A stretch of 64,000 nt of DNA. Origin: Candidatus Omnitrophota bacterium (GTDB lineage Bacteria > Omnitrophota > Gorgyraeia > 2-01-FULL-45-10). The stretch lies in the NCBI GenBank assembly GCA_028699255.1, contig JAQVUX010000007.1:24670-88669 (forward strand), in the 5' to 3' direction. The notes beneath the pieces were generated by a model. The model made no database searches. It saw only the letters and a list, made by a program, of their open reading frames with translations, and was not told where the DNA came from. Position numbers and translations under genes: made by a program. This document shows positions 10,016 to 20,214 of this stretch, piece by piece (positions within the stretch are counted from its first letter, which is position 1; each line of letters starts with the position of its first letter).

Positions 10016-11824
10016 CTATTGCCTCAAAAATATCACGAAGAATATTCCGACCATTCCCAGAAGGCACCATACCATGTATGTAGGTAATATGCCGTTATGC
10101 ATTCGCGCGAGTTTTCCGGTAAAATAGTAAATGATCTTTCGGGCGGTGTTATATATGTCAAGCGAGCCTTCCTCTTCTTTCCTGTACAATTTCCCGAGGC
10201 GAGGCAATTGCCTTATCGTATCGTAAAACTCAGCGCCGGTTACTCTGTCTAATTTCGCGACGTCTTCCCCGCCTACAAACGTATCCACCGTCCGGAATCG
10301 CGCGGGACGCATGATCATATATGCCAGAGCACCCAGGCCCAGCGCGACCAGTATAAGCGCTGTTACGGCCATCGGATCCCACATCCCGCAGTATGTTATG
10401 GCTTTGCCCAACGACGGCGCTATAAATAACGTTATCGGCACGGCGGTGGCAAATATCCCGAATACGATACACGCGGCGGCTAATATGCCCATCGGCACTG
10501 TCATGGAAAGCGCCGCCTCTTTTATACCTTTAAAACCTTCTGCGCTCCGGCCTAAGAATACCGCATGGAGAAGTTTCATGAAACTTGCTACCGTCAGGGC
10601 ACTGCCAAACATCGCCGCTACGAGCCAGACCATCCAGAGCGAATTTTTTGCGGAGGCCGATTCTATTATCCCCTGATATATCATCCATTTTGAAACGAAA
10701 CCGTTAAAAGGCGGAACACCGGATATGGAAAGCGACGCTACAAGACAGGCGACGAATGTGGCAGGCATGTATTTGAATAATCCGCCCAGCTTTGTCATAT
10801 CTGTGGTGTGCATCCGCTTCTCGACGGCGCCTGCCGTAAGGAAGAGGCACGATTTATATATCGCGTTATTGAGCATGTGAAAAAGACCGCCGGCTATGCC
10901 TATAACGCTTCCGGTACCTATACCGAGTACCATATATCCGACCTGCGAGACGGCGTGATACCCCAGGAGCCGCTTCATGTCATGCTGGACGAGCGCGATT
11001 ATAACGGCCACAACTATGGTAACTGAGCCGGCAAGCGAGAGGACAAAATTCGTCGCCGGGTTCATCTCGAAAATATACAAAGAAGCGCGCGCCAGAAGAT
11101 ATATGCCGAGTAATTTGTCGAGACAGGCGGGCAGGTATGCCGCAACATTGGTCGGCGCGAATTCGGCTGTATCCGGTAGCCACGAATGAAAAGGCATCGC
11201 CCCGGCTTTCGCAAAAGCCGCGATCGCAAGCGAAATATAGGCTATATACGCCGCCGGTGATGATAACTGTATATGAACACCGTCTATCACGGAAGACTTG
11301 GATATCTGCCATATAAGGCAGAGGCCGAATATCATGAGAGCGTCTGTCCCGCCTATTATTATAAGCGCTTTCTTTGCCGCCGCGGACGCGTTTTCAGTGC
11401 CTCTGAGGTTTATCATCAGATATAGGAGTGCGGCGAGAAATCCCCAGAAGACTAAGAATGCCGTCATGTCATTCGCGAACGCGACGCCGAGAGAGGAGCC
11501 GAGCGTCATGAGAATATAACCGAAATGCCGCCCCGACGAGCTTTCGACGAATCCAAAAGAATATATCGTTATCAATAGGGCGAATGCGGATACGGCCAGC
11601 GCGATAAATCCCGACAGATTGTCGACAAAGAACAATGGATACGACCCGATGTTATAACTTAGAGGTTTTTTAATGAAAACTGTGAGCGCTCCGGCGAATA
11701 CGGCGAGCGAAACCAACCCGGCTATCGCCTTGGCAAAAACCCTGGCGCGCTCCGGGATGAAGAGGCTGACCGCACCGGCTATTATGGGTGCGGCTATCAG
11801 CAATAAAAGCAGGTTCTGATGCAT
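10016..11824 (-). CDS. mrpA: MrpA/NuoL-like antiporter subunit (MbhH-like)
   Basis: 602 aa; NuoL family; 'HSWLPDT' motif. Confidence 0.75.
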   Translation of the reverse strand: MHQNLLLLLIAAPIIAGAVSLFIPERARVFAKAIAGLVSLAVFAGALTVFIKKPLSYNIGSYPLFFVDNLSGFIALAVSAFALLITIYSFGFVESSSGRHFGYILMTLGSSLGVAFANDMTAFLVFWGFLAALLYLMINLRGTENASAAAKKALIIIGGTDALMIFGLCLIWQISKSSVIDGVHIQLSSPAAYIAYISLAIAAFAKAGAMPFHSWLPDTAEFAPTNVAAYLPACLDKLLGIYLLARASLYIFEMNPATNFVLSLAGSVTIVVAVIIALVQHDMKRLLGYHAVSQVGYMVLGIGTGSVIGIAGGLFHMLNNAIYKSCLFLTAGAVEKRMHTTDMTKLGGLFKYMPATFVACLVASLSISGVPPFNGFVSKWMIYQGIIESASAKNSLWMVWLVAAMFGSALTVASFMKLLHAVFLGRSAEGFKGIKEAALSMTVPMGILAAACIVFGIFATAVPITLFIAPSLGKAITYCGMWDPMAVTALILVALGLGALAYMIMRPARFRTVDTFVGGEDVAKLDRVTGAEFYDTIRQLPRLGKLYRKEEEGSLDIYNTARKIIYYFTGKLARMHNGILPTYMVWCLLGMVGIFFVIFLRQ

Positions 11825-11827
11825 CGG

Positions 11828-13018
11828 CTATCCCCTTACTCCCATCTTCTCTTTAAGCAACCGCGTCTTTTCCTGGGATAATTTTATAAGCTCTTGTACG
11901 CCGAATAGTTCTTTGTCGCGCCAGTCTGTGATAAGCATGCGCTCTGTACAACAATAGCACGGATCGATTGCCGCCAGTATTATCGTCGCGTCCGAGACGG
12001 TCTCGCCTATTACCGTCTCCCGGAACGTCGGAAAATTCATGTAGGTCGGCGCCCTCACCTTGTGCCTGACGGGCGAATTGGTGCCGTCCGATTTTACGTA
12101 ATGGAAACATTCGCCTCTGGGCGCCTCTGCCTGGCCTATACCTTCCCCCGGCGGAATATCCTTCGGATTGGAATCTATCGGCCCGCCCGGCAATTTATCC
12201 AAACATTGCCTTATTATCGATACCGACTCGTACATCTCCAGTATCCTCACGACGACCTTCGCGAATACGTCGCCTTCGGGACGTGTGATGACATTCCATT
12301 TCAGCCGGTCGTAAGCCGCGTACGGATGATCGCGCCTGACGTCTACATCGTAACCTGACGCTCTTGCCGTAGGCCCTAACGCCGCGTAATCTATCGCCTT
12401 GCCCTTCGTAAGTATGCCCACGCCTTTAAGCCGCGCGTGCAATACAGGATCGTCGAGAATAGCGCCGCGCAGCATATCGAGATGTTTTAAAAATTCGTCA
12501 AGGCGCGTCAATATGTACGGTATGTGCTCTTTTTCTATATCACGCCGTACACCGCCGACTTTCATCATGGCATAGTTTTGTCTATTGCCCGTAACCGTTT
12601 CCATTATGTCGCAAATCGGCTCTCTGTACTTCCAGCCCCACATAAATATGGTGTTGTAACCCAAGAAATGTCCCGCCAGGCCCGCCCATAGCATGTGCGA
12701 ATGAAGCCGCTCGAGTTCCTGTATGATGGTTCGTATATACAGAGCCCTGTCCGGTACACTTATGCCGGCCAAATCCTCAACGGCCTGAACACATGTTATA
12801 GGATGCGATGAAGAGCATATCCCGCATATCCGCTCGACGATGAATATCGACTGGTCGAAACTCTTCGCCTCGGACAGTTTCTCTATGCCGCGGTGGTTCC
12901 AGCCGATACGGACATCCACATCCACAACCTTCTCCCCTTCGACCACAAGTTTGTAAAACTCCGGCTCTTCCTGCAGAGGATGATACGGCCCGATCGGTAT
13001 ATGCGCTTTATGGCTCAT
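11828..13018 (-). CDS. group 4 [NiFe] hydrogenase large subunit (NuoD-like, MbhL/EchE type)
   Basis: N-terminal 'RICGICSSSH' and C-terminal 'DPCYCCTER' Ni-Fe ligand motifs. Start taken at 'MSHKAHIPIGPYHP', abutting the NuoC-like gene. Confidence 0.85.
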   Translation of the reverse strand: MSHKAHIPIGPYHPLQEEPEFYKLVVEGEKVVDVDVRIGWNHRGIEKLSEAKSFDQSIFIVERICGICSSSHPITCVQAVEDLAGISVPDRALYIRTIIQELERLHSHMLWAGLAGHFLGYNTIFMWGWKYREPICDIMETVTGNRQNYAMMKVGGVRRDIEKEHIPYILTRLDEFLKHLDMLRGAILDDPVLHARLKGVGILTKGKAIDYAALGPTARASGYDVDVRRDHPYAAYDRLKWNVITRPEGDVFAKVVVRILEMYESVSIIRQCLDKLPGGPIDSNPKDIPPGEGIGQAEAPRGECFHYVKSDGTNSPVRHKVRAPTYMNFPTFRETVIGETVSDATIILAAIDPCYCCTERMLITDWRDKELFGVQELIKLSQEKTRLLKEKMGVRG

Positions 13019-13485
13019 TATGCTTTCCTCGAATCTCTCTTCGGCACTACGAAATTTTTTCTTAAAGGATATACGCCCGACGGCCAATCGTCCGACAGAA
13101 GAAGCGGACGCAAATCATTGTTGCCGTTAAAATGAACGCCGAATAATTCGTGAATCTCCCTTTCTATCCACCAGGCGGACTTCGTTACCGTCGTAATGGT
13201 ATCGATATGCGGATCATTCTTATCCTTCATTATCGCTCTCAGCGATACGATGTATCCCGAAACGTCATCGGCGAAATGATAGAGTATCTCTATCGATTTA
13301 AAATCGTCCACGGCCGTGGCTATATTGAATCTGAGGCCCAGATCCTTGAATATATATTTCGTGAATTCGACAACATCGGCAGGCTCGATGTCAATATAAC
13401 AGCGCTTCCCGTTCTTTTTGTCGATCTTGCGAACTTTTGCGCCGAATTGGTCCTGTATTTTTTTTATTGCGTCGTCTATCTTCAT
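13018..13485 (-). CDS. NuoC-like hydrogenase subunit (MbhK type)
   Basis: 155 aa; 'WIEREIHELFGV' NuoC/30-kDa subunit motif. Confidence 0.75.
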   Translation of the reverse strand: MKIDDAIKKIQDQFGAKVRKIDKKNGKRCYIDIEPADVVEFTKYIFKDLGLRFNIATAVDDFKSIEILYHFADDVSGYIVSLRAIMKDKNDPHIDTITTVTKSAWWIEREIHELFGVHFNGNNDLRPLLLSDDWPSGVYPLRKNFVVPKRDSRKA

Positions 13486-13486
13486 A

Positions 13487-13918
13487 TCATTTCTTCTTTA
13501 CAGCGTTAACCTTATCCAATAATTTCTTTACCCCCGCTATAACCGCTTCAGGTTTCGGCGGACAACCCGGTATATACAGATCGACGGGAATTATCTCGTC
13601 CAGCGGGGAACCCGTATTGTAGCTATCTTTAAAGACACCCCGCGAAGAGCCGCACGCGCCCCACGCTATCACGAACCCGGGCTTCGGCATCATCTCGTAC
13701 AACTTCTTTATCCTGGGAACGCACAGCCGGTTCGTCGAGCCGGTGCAAAGTAAAGCGTCGGCGTGTTTGACACTACCGACTAAAACTATACCGAATCTCT
13801 CGAGGTCATACCGCGGCGTCAGGCAATCGAGTATTTCTATGTCGCAATTATTACAGCTTCCGCTCGAGAGATGAAATACATATAACGATTTGGTTAATAT
13901 TTTTTCTTTTAGTCCCAT
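13487..13918 (-). CDS. NuoB-like [NiFe] hydrogenase small subunit (MbhJ type)
   Basis: 143 aa; four Cys ('GSC', 'NNCD', 'GACGSS', 'PGCPP') for the proximal [4Fe-4S] cluster. Confidence 0.85.
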   Translation of the reverse strand: MGLKEKILTKSLYVFHLSSGSCNNCDIEILDCLTPRYDLERFGIVLVGSVKHADALLCTGSTNRLCVPRIKKLYEMMPKPGFVIAWGACGSSRGVFKDSYNTGSPLDEIIPVDLYIPGCPPKPEAVIAGVKKLLDKVNAVKKK

Positions 13919-13919
13919 G

Positions 13920-14858
13920 TCAGTATCCGAAATATGCCAGTACCGCCGAAATTATCGCCAGCGCCGTAACCGGCCCCCAGAAAAAACGCACCGCCTGATC
14001 TATCCTGACCCTGGGGTTCGTATTCTTTATCACTACGATGGCCGCCAGTATCGCGAGATAGCCTGCGACATTCTTTATAAAAGTTTCGACATCGAATCCG
14101 ATCCCGCCGAAATACAGGATTATCATAAGAACCGGCAGGACAAAAAGCAGTATCGCCTTCGAGAGTTTGAATACGCCGAGCGCCTTGCCCGAATACTCTA
14201 TGTACGAGCCGGCCATGATCTCGGTCTCCGCTTCAGGCATATCGAACGGAGCAAACCCCAGCTTAGCCTGGACGCACAGAAGCATTACGATAAACGATAT
14301 GACGCCGGAGGCGCCCGCTATGATGTGCCCATGCAACGACTGATACGTTATTATATCACCGACCTTTATAGCGTAGCCACACTTTATTACCGGCACCAGG
14401 ACGGAAATTATGAACGGCAGTTCGTAGGCGAGCATGAGTTTCATCTCTCTGGAAGCGCCGAGCGAAGCCAATGGGTTCTCCGACGCGAATGCCCCCAGCA
14501 TCAATGCGATAGCCGGTATCATCAGAAGATATATGACGACTATGAGGTCGCCCAAAAAACCTGCCTGTGGAAAACGGCTTATCACAAGTAATATAGTCGA
14601 GACGATGGTCGCGGAGGCAAGCGACAATAACGGCATCCCGAGAAAGATCGGTTTGGATACATTCACCGGGATAAGCGTCTCTTTATAAAAAAGCAATTTT
14701 ATCACGTCCACAAAGTTCTGATACCACGGCGGCCCCACCCTCCATTGAACCCTGGCGGTAAGTTTCCTGTCCACCCACCCGGCTAAAAGACCGATGGTGG
14801 ATGAGAATATGAAACCGGGAAATACCAAAAACATGAATAGGTATTCGAATATCTTCAT
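13920..14858 (-). CDS. NuoH-like membrane anchor subunit (MbhM type)
   Basis: About 312 aa, 8 TM, NuoH family. Start moved to 'MKIFEYLF' so it abuts the upstream ferredoxin gene. Confidence 0.7.
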   Translation of the reverse strand: MKIFEYLFMFLVFPGFIFSSTIGLLAGWVDRKLTARVQWRVGPPWYQNFVDVIKLLFYKETLIPVNVSKPIFLGMPLLSLASATIVSTILLVISRFPQAGFLGDLIVVIYLLMIPAIALMLGAFASENPLASLGASREMKLMLAYELPFIISVLVPVIKCGYAIKVGDIITYQSLHGHIIAGASGVISFIVMLLCVQAKLGFAPFDMPEAETEIMAGSYIEYSGKALGVFKLSKAILLFVLPVLMIILYFGGIGFDVETFIKNVAGYLAILAAIVVIKNTNPRVRIDQAVRFFWGPVTALAIISAVLAYFGY

Positions 14859-15376
14859 ACGCCCGGCGAGATGCGCTTTTTTACAGGCAAACCGTCGCCG
14901 CTTCCTTCCCATTTTTGTTTCGTCCGTACAAAAAGATGTTCCGATATTTTAAACATACCGTCTTCTTTTTTCTCCTCGAACTCGCCAAAACGTACACCGC
15001 CGCGGCCGCAAAGCTCCAAGCAGACAGGCGACTCACCTTCTTTGAGACGTCCTATGCAATAGTCGCATCTCGAAACTATAAAAGGTATTGTTTCCGGGTA
15101 TATCACGCCGAACGGACACGCCCTCGAGCACGATTTGCACGAGGTACAGCGCATCGTATAGCGCTTGAGCATGTTCGTCCTCTGGAACTCGAGCGCCTCC
15201 CACGGGCACGACGCCACACAGGGCGAATCCTCGCACCGCCTGCAGACGAGCGCGAAGTGCGCGAACTCTATCAGGCTCATCACGCCGTTGTTCGACGGAT
15301 GCTGTATGTAACTGCAGATAGCGCCGCATTCTCCGCAGGCGGAACATGTATCGAGATCTATCAATAATTGTTTCAT
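14855..15376 (-). CDS. HycB/HydN-like multi-[4Fe-4S] ferredoxin subunit
   Basis: 173 aa with 4 Cys clusters (CxxCxxCxxxC series). Confidence 0.7.
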   Translation of the reverse strand: MKQLLIDLDTCSACGECGAICSYIQHPSNNGVMSLIEFAHFALVCRRCEDSPCVASCPWEALEFQRTNMLKRYTMRCTSCKSCSRACPFGVIYPETIPFIVSRCDYCIGRLKEGESPVCLELCGRGGVRFGEFEEKKEDGMFKISEHLFVRTKQKWEGSGDGLPVKKRISPGV

Positions 15377-15377
15377 G

Positions 15378-16196
15378 CTAATCCCAGATATTCGGCAGAT
15401 CTTTTATCTTGTCGTATGTAAATACTGGGCCGTCCTTACACGCGTAATATGGCCCTATCCTGCAATGGCCGCACTTACCTATACCGCAGGACATATTCTT
15501 CTCCATCGATAAATAAACCGTGTTCTCTTTAAAGCCCAGGTCGAGCAGTTTAAAAGTAACGAACTTCATCATTATCGGAGGCCCGCAGACTATGGCGACG
15601 GCGTTATTCACATCTACCAACCCGGGTTTTAACACCGTCGTAACCAATCCTACGTTGCCCTTCCATGTATCGTCGCCCACATCGACGCTTATTTCGATAT
15701 CCACATGGCCGGCTTTGGCGCGCCACGAATCTATCTCGTTCTTATATACGATATCCTTCGATGTCTTCGCCCCGTATTTCAATACTATCTTCTTGTAGTC
15801 GTTAACTTCGTTAAAGAGCGCGTAAAGCAGTGCACGGAGCGGCGCCAGCCCCACGCCGCCGCCGACGATAAAAACCTCTTTACCCTTAAACTCATTCAGC
15901 GGATAACCAAGCCCGTACGGCCCCCTGACGCCCACTATATCGCCGGCCTTCGCCTGATGAATGAGGCTTGTTACGCGGCCTGCGCGCATGATGGTAAAAT
16001 CCAGCACGTCTTTGACATAGTGATTGGATGACGGCGTGAACGGCGCCTCTCCAATCCCGGGAAGCGACACGTCCATGAATTGCCCCGCGCGGAAACCTAT
16101 TCCCGTCTTGGGCCTGAGCGTAAACGTCTTTATATTCTGCGTCTCATCGACGACCTTCAATATCTCGGCTTCTGTATATGCGTATGGATTATTCAT
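15378..16196 (-). CDS. AsrB/HydG-like FAD/NAD(P)-binding oxidoreductase subunit with C-terminal [2Fe-2S]
   Basis: 272 aa. Ferredoxin-NADP reductase-like fold ('GGGVGLAP'). C-terminal 'CGIGKCGHCRIGPYYAC' cluster, as in sulfhydrogenase gamma / anaerobic sulfite reductase B / PyrK. Confidence 0.7.
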   Translation of the reverse strand: MNNPYAYTEAEILKVVDETQNIKTFTLRPKTGIGFRAGQFMDVSLPGIGEAPFTPSSNHYVKDVLDFTIMRAGRVTSLIHQAKAGDIVGVRGPYGLGYPLNEFKGKEVFIVGGGVGLAPLRALLYALFNEVNDYKKIVLKYGAKTSKDIVYKNEIDSWRAKAGHVDIEISVDVGDDTWKGNVGLVTTVLKPGLVDVNNAVAIVCGPPIMMKFVTFKLLDLGFKENTVYLSMEKNMSCGIGKCGHCRIGPYYACKDGPVFTYDKIKDLPNIWD

Positions 16197-17238
16197 GCGG
16201 CGGCTTATTCCATTTACCGGTTACCAGTCCTTTTAAAACCTCCCGCAGATCTATGTCGCCGGGGCAGGCCTCGATGCAACGGCCGCATCCCGTGCAGGCG
16301 AAATAATTCAGGATTTGCGGAAAGAAATCGAATTTCTTTTCGAACCTGTTGCGCAGGCGCTCATAAAGGCGCTTCCTCGGGTTCGCGCCTCCGGCAACTC
16401 TGGCAAACGTGTTATACATGCACGCGTCCCACATCCTGAAACGCTTGTTGCCGCCGGCGGTCTTCTCGTCGTATAAAAGGAAGCAGTGGCACGTCGGGCA
16501 TACGAGGTTGCACGCTCCGCATTCGACGCAGGTGGAAGCGAAATCCTTCCATAGCTCCGTAAGGTTATAGCTCTTCTTCACGGCGCCTCTTATCGCGGAG
16601 GTATCCGGTGTTCCTCTTTTATCGATAAAATACCGGACTTCTCTCGAAACTTTCTCGCGGTTGGCCTGCCGGACATTCAAGTCCGTCGCGGAATGATTTT
16701 TGAAGAACATCTTGAAATTATTTATTATATTTTCGCCTTTTTCGCTCGCGACCTCGACGATGAATGAATCGCCGGCTGGCGACAGATTGATATCGAAATT
16801 TTTCTGCGGATAAGGCGCGCCTTCCATGGCAAGGCAAAAACATGTCTCTTTAGCGTAAGTGCAGTCACAGCCTATTATTATGGTATTATTCCTGTTCTCG
16901 GCGTAGAAAGGATCCTCGACCTCGCCTTTCAGAAATACAAAATCCTGCAGTATAAAACTTGCGAGATCGCAGGCTTTTACGCCGGCGAGAATGACAGGAC
17001 GTTTATCTTTACGGGAAGTGTCTAGTATCTTCTCTCTCGGAGGATTTATGAAACCTTTGACGGGCCGGCTCTGTCTTATACCGCCCAGCTCTATTCTGTC
17101 TTCTTTTTTGGGATCGAATTCGCCGAAGTCAAGCCTCTGCCCGTCGGCATAAGGCAGGAAAACCCTATAATTTGCGGATAGCCTTGCAAAGAGATCGTAT
17201 AGATCTTTTTTGGTGATTTTGTATGTCTTCTTTTCCAT
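16189..17238 (-). CDS. AsrA/HydB-like iron-sulfur subunit (sulfhydrogenase beta-like)
   Basis: 349 aa; 'CVECGACNLVCPTCHC' and 'CTGCGRCIEACP' [4Fe-4S] motifs. First gene of the hydrogenase operon and overlaps the next gene by 8 nt. Confidence 0.65.
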   Translation of the reverse strand: MEKKTYKITKKDLYDLFARLSANYRVFLPYADGQRLDFGEFDPKKEDRIELGGIRQSRPVKGFINPPREKILDTSRKDKRPVILAGVKACDLASFILQDFVFLKGEVEDPFYAENRNNTIIIGCDCTYAKETCFCLAMEGAPYPQKNFDINLSPAGDSFIVEVASEKGENIINNFKMFFKNHSATDLNVRQANREKVSREVRYFIDKRGTPDTSAIRGAVKKSYNLTELWKDFASTCVECGACNLVCPTCHCFLLYDEKTAGGNKRFRMWDACMYNTFARVAGGANPRKRLYERLRNRFEKKFDFFPQILNYFACTGCGRCIEACPGDIDLREVLKGLVTGKWNKPPHE

Positions 17239-17262
17239 AGTGACTCATATAGTCAAGTTCCT

Positions 17263-17291
17263 ATTTTAAAACGGTGGGCGGGTTAAGTCAA
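17263..17291 (-). promoter_or_regulatory. candidate sigma70 promoter of the hydrogenase operon
   Basis: Minus strand TTGACT-17nt-TAAAAT about 20 nt upstream of the AsrA-like start. Confidence 0.4.
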
Positions 17292-18052
17292 TCTAATTTT
17301 AGTCTCTTGCCGTCTTTATCGAATATGCGGAACTTGCTGAGCCTATTCTTCTGAAGCATATACTGTACAGCCGTATTGAGCACACCCAGCCCGTACACAA
17401 CGCTTCTGCGGAAATTTATGGAGGATGATTCTTTCGTATACTGGCTGGGGCATGTTATCTCTCCCACCCTGTAACCGAAATAAAACGCCTGCGCCAATAT
17501 CTGGTTATCGAATATAAAATCGTCCGAATTTTCCAATAGCGGCAGATTCAGAAGAACCTCTCTCGAGAAAGCCCTGTAACCTGTGTGGTACTCGGAGAGT
17601 TTCTCGCCTATCATATTATTCTCTAAGAGTGTCAGCACCCTGTTCGAGATATATTTATACAGCGGCATTCCACCCCTTAACGCCTTATTGCCGAGTATCC
17701 TCGATCCCGTTACAACGTCAAACATTCCGGATGTTATCAATCCTGCCATCGGCGTTATAAGACTCGGAGGATACTGGTAATCGGGGTGAAGCATGATCAC
17801 CACATCCGCACCGAACTTCAGCGCCTCGCGGTAACAGGTTTTCTGGTTCCCGCCATAACCTAAATTCTTGTCATGGATGAACGTTTTTATCTTCAGTCTT
17901 CCGGCGACCTCGACGGTCTTATCGCCCGAGTTGTCGTCCGTAAGGATAATGTCATCCACCACGTCCTTAGGGATATCGTTATAGGTCTTCTCGAGGGTCT
18001 TCTCCGCGTTATACGCCGGCATCACCACGACGATTCTTTTACCGTTCAGCAT
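17288..18052 (-). CDS. family 2 glycosyltransferase
   Basis: 254 aa; 'VVMPAYNAE...DDNSGD' GT-A DxD region. Confidence 0.75.
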   Translation of the reverse strand: MLNGKRIVVVMPAYNAEKTLEKTYNDIPKDVVDDIILTDDNSGDKTVEVAGRLKIKTFIHDKNLGYGGNQKTCYREALKFGADVVIMLHPDYQYPPSLITPMAGLITSGMFDVVTGSRILGNKALRGGMPLYKYISNRVLTLLENNMIGEKLSEYHTGYRAFSREVLLNLPLLENSDDFIFDNQILAQAFYFGYRVGEITCPSQYTKESSSINFRRSVVYGLGVLNTAVQYMLQKNRLSKFRIFDKDGKRLKLD

Positions 18053-18980
18053 TTTGCCCTTTTCGGTATATGCTCTTCACAATATATTTAGGCCTCTGTT
18101 TAACTTCTTCGAATATTTTGCCGATATATTGACCTAGGATACTCAGCGAAAGCAGTTGCACCGCTCCCACAAATAATACCACTACCAAAATAGTTGTAAC
18201 CCCATGCGGTGTGCTGGGCGTAAGTATCCTGATAATTATTTGCGCAATCATTCCAAATATTGCTACAAGGAATATTATGAATGAAAATAGCGTTATTATT
18301 TCTAGCGGAACATACGAGAACGAAAAAATTCCTTTTGTGGCCCAATTAAAGTTTTTCAGGAAATTGTTTGTAGTTTTACCGAACATCCTTTCCGCTCGTA
18401 CATACGAAACTCCCACCTGTCTGAAGCCTACCCAGGCGCGTAATCCTCTCAAAAATCTATCGCGCTCCGGGAGCTTCTTCATATGCTCGGCAACCTTCTT
18501 GTCTATCAATGAGAAATCGCCGGCGTCCAGAGGTATTTTTACATACGACAACGCGTGAAATATTCTGTAAAATATCTTGTACGCTATCTGCATTAAAAAG
18601 GGGGCTTCTCTCTTCGCGCGCACACCGTAAACAACATCATATCCTTCCAGCCACTTTTTATACAGCGCCTCTATGAGTTCCGGCGGGTCCTGTAGGTCTC
18701 CGTCAAGAAGCACGACGGCATCACCGTTTGCTATATCCATACCGCTTGTAAATGCCATTTGTGAACTGAAGTTGCGGGAATGATTTACGACAACGATATG
18801 GGTATCTTTTTCGGCAAGTTCCGATAAAATCGCTTCTGTATTATCCGGACTGCCGTCATTTACAAATATAATCTCGTACTCAACCTGTATCTTATTAAAA
18901 ATATCCGTCAGACGTTTATACATATGCGGGATTGCCTGCTCATCCTTATAACATGCTATGATCGCGGATATCTTCTTCAT
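18039..18980 (-). CDS. polyprenyl-phosphate sugar synthase-type GT2 (GtrB/ArnC/DPM1-like) with C-terminal TM helices
   Basis: 313 aa; 'FVNDGSPD', 'DGDLQDPPE' and two C-terminal TM helices. Confidence 0.7.
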   Translation of the reverse strand: MKKISAIIACYKDEQAIPHMYKRLTDIFNKIQVEYEIIFVNDGSPDNTEAILSELAEKDTHIVVVNHSRNFSSQMAFTSGMDIANGDAVVLLDGDLQDPPELIEALYKKWLEGYDVVYGVRAKREAPFLMQIAYKIFYRIFHALSYVKIPLDAGDFSLIDKKVAEHMKKLPERDRFLRGLRAWVGFRQVGVSYVRAERMFGKTTNNFLKNFNWATKGIFSFSYVPLEIITLFSFIIFLVAIFGMIAQIIIRILTPSTPHGVTTILVVVLFVGAVQLLSLSILGQYIGKIFEEVKQRPKYIVKSIYRKGQNAER

Positions 18981-18991
18981 AATGCCTTTCT

Positions 18992-19495
18992 CTATTTTTT
19001 AAGATTGATGTAATATGGCGCATCGTTTGTTATCATTTCGTCTATAAGCCCGGGCATCTCTTCATTAGCCTTCGGCCATCGCGCGCGTATGTTTGAGAAT
19101 ATGCCCATTACCGCCTTGTCCTCTTCAGCCCAATGCGAAAAGCCGTCGTGAACATAGTCCTTGCCCCTCCCGGCCCCTATCAATTTAACGGGTATTTTTT
19201 CATTATTGATATAGTTTCGAATAGTTTCAAACGGCCTGTATAACAGAAAAGGCGTTATCGAATAAACGAACGGTATCTTGCCTTCCAGAGCCAACCCTAC
19301 ACCGATGCCAGCCATAGATTGTTCCGCAGCGCCCGTGTTTATGAATCTATCCGGGTAATCCAGCATTACCTTATCCCACATCTTATAGCCCAGGTCGCCC
19401 ACAACAACCCATATTTTTTTATTATATCTCATGCGGTCATGCAGAACGTCAGCAAAAACTCTTCGCATTTTTATATCTGACACTTTCTGTCTCAT
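18992..19495 (-). CDS. transketolase, C-terminal section (split transketolase)
   Basis: 167 aa; Pyr/C-terminal domain; paired with the N-terminal subunit upstream. Confidence 0.65.
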   Translation of the reverse strand: MRQKVSDIKMRRVFADVLHDRMRYNKKIWVVVGDLGYKMWDKVMLDYPDRFINTGAAEQSMAGIGVGLALEGKIPFVYSITPFLLYRPFETIRNYINNEKIPVKLIGAGRGKDYVHDGFSHWAEEDKAVMGIFSNIRARWPKANEEMPGLIDEMITNDAPYYINLKK

Positions 19496-20205
19496 ATAAA
19501 TCTTTCCTTTGCTAATTTAAAATCCGCATCTGTCATAACATAATAGTGAGCATCCTGACCATTTAAAAACGGGAGCTGTTCAACTGTAGTTTTGGCAAGA
19601 ACAACTAAAGGATGTCCATGAAATTGCGCCGATAATACCCGTAGAAGCTCCTTCATATCATGCCCGTTTACCGGTTTTACATTATACCCAAATCCTTTTA
19701 CCCTATTACAAAGCAATGATAATGAAACAGACCTATACGCGGCCCAACCGTTCACATTAATTACTATTTTCAAATTATCGACTCTCTCGTCCAGAGCTAT
19801 TCGAAGCGATTCCCAGATACTCCCTTCGGCGCATTCACCGTCTGTGACGACACAATAAACACCCTTCCGCCTGTCCGCTAATGCCATGCCCACGGCTATG
19901 GGAAGCCCTTGCCCCAGGCTTCCGGATGATACATCAATGCCTATCGCGGGGTTTCTATTGGGATGTATGGAAAGATTTTTTATATCTGGGGTTTTTAACA
20001 GTCCGTGTTTTTCCAAAATGGCATAAAGCGCGATACCCGCATGCCCGCCCGACAGGACAAGCCGCTCATTATCGCGCTTGATCTTATAAATAGCGGATAA
20101 TATATCTACCGCGCTCAAGCATGACCCTAAATGCGACAGGTGTTTCTCATGGCTTATCTCTATAATACGCCGGCGGAGATGTTTTTGTTCTTTAGTCATC
20201 TTCAT
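19492..20205 (-). CDS. transketolase, N-terminal (TPP-binding) section
   Basis: 237 aa; 'GHAG', 'GSLGQGL' and 'TDGE' TPP motifs. Confidence 0.7.
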   Translation of the reverse strand: MKMTKEQKHLRRRIIEISHEKHLSHLGSCLSAVDILSAIYKIKRDNERLVLSGGHAGIALYAILEKHGLLKTPDIKNLSIHPNRNPAIGIDVSSGSLGQGLPIAVGMALADRRKGVYCVVTDGECAEGSIWESLRIALDERVDNLKIVINVNGWAAYRSVSLSLLCNRVKGFGYNVKPVNGHDMKELLRVLSAQFHGHPLVVLAKTTVEQLPFLNGQDAHYYVMTDADFKLAKERFI

Positions 20206-20214
20206 ATTACCATT

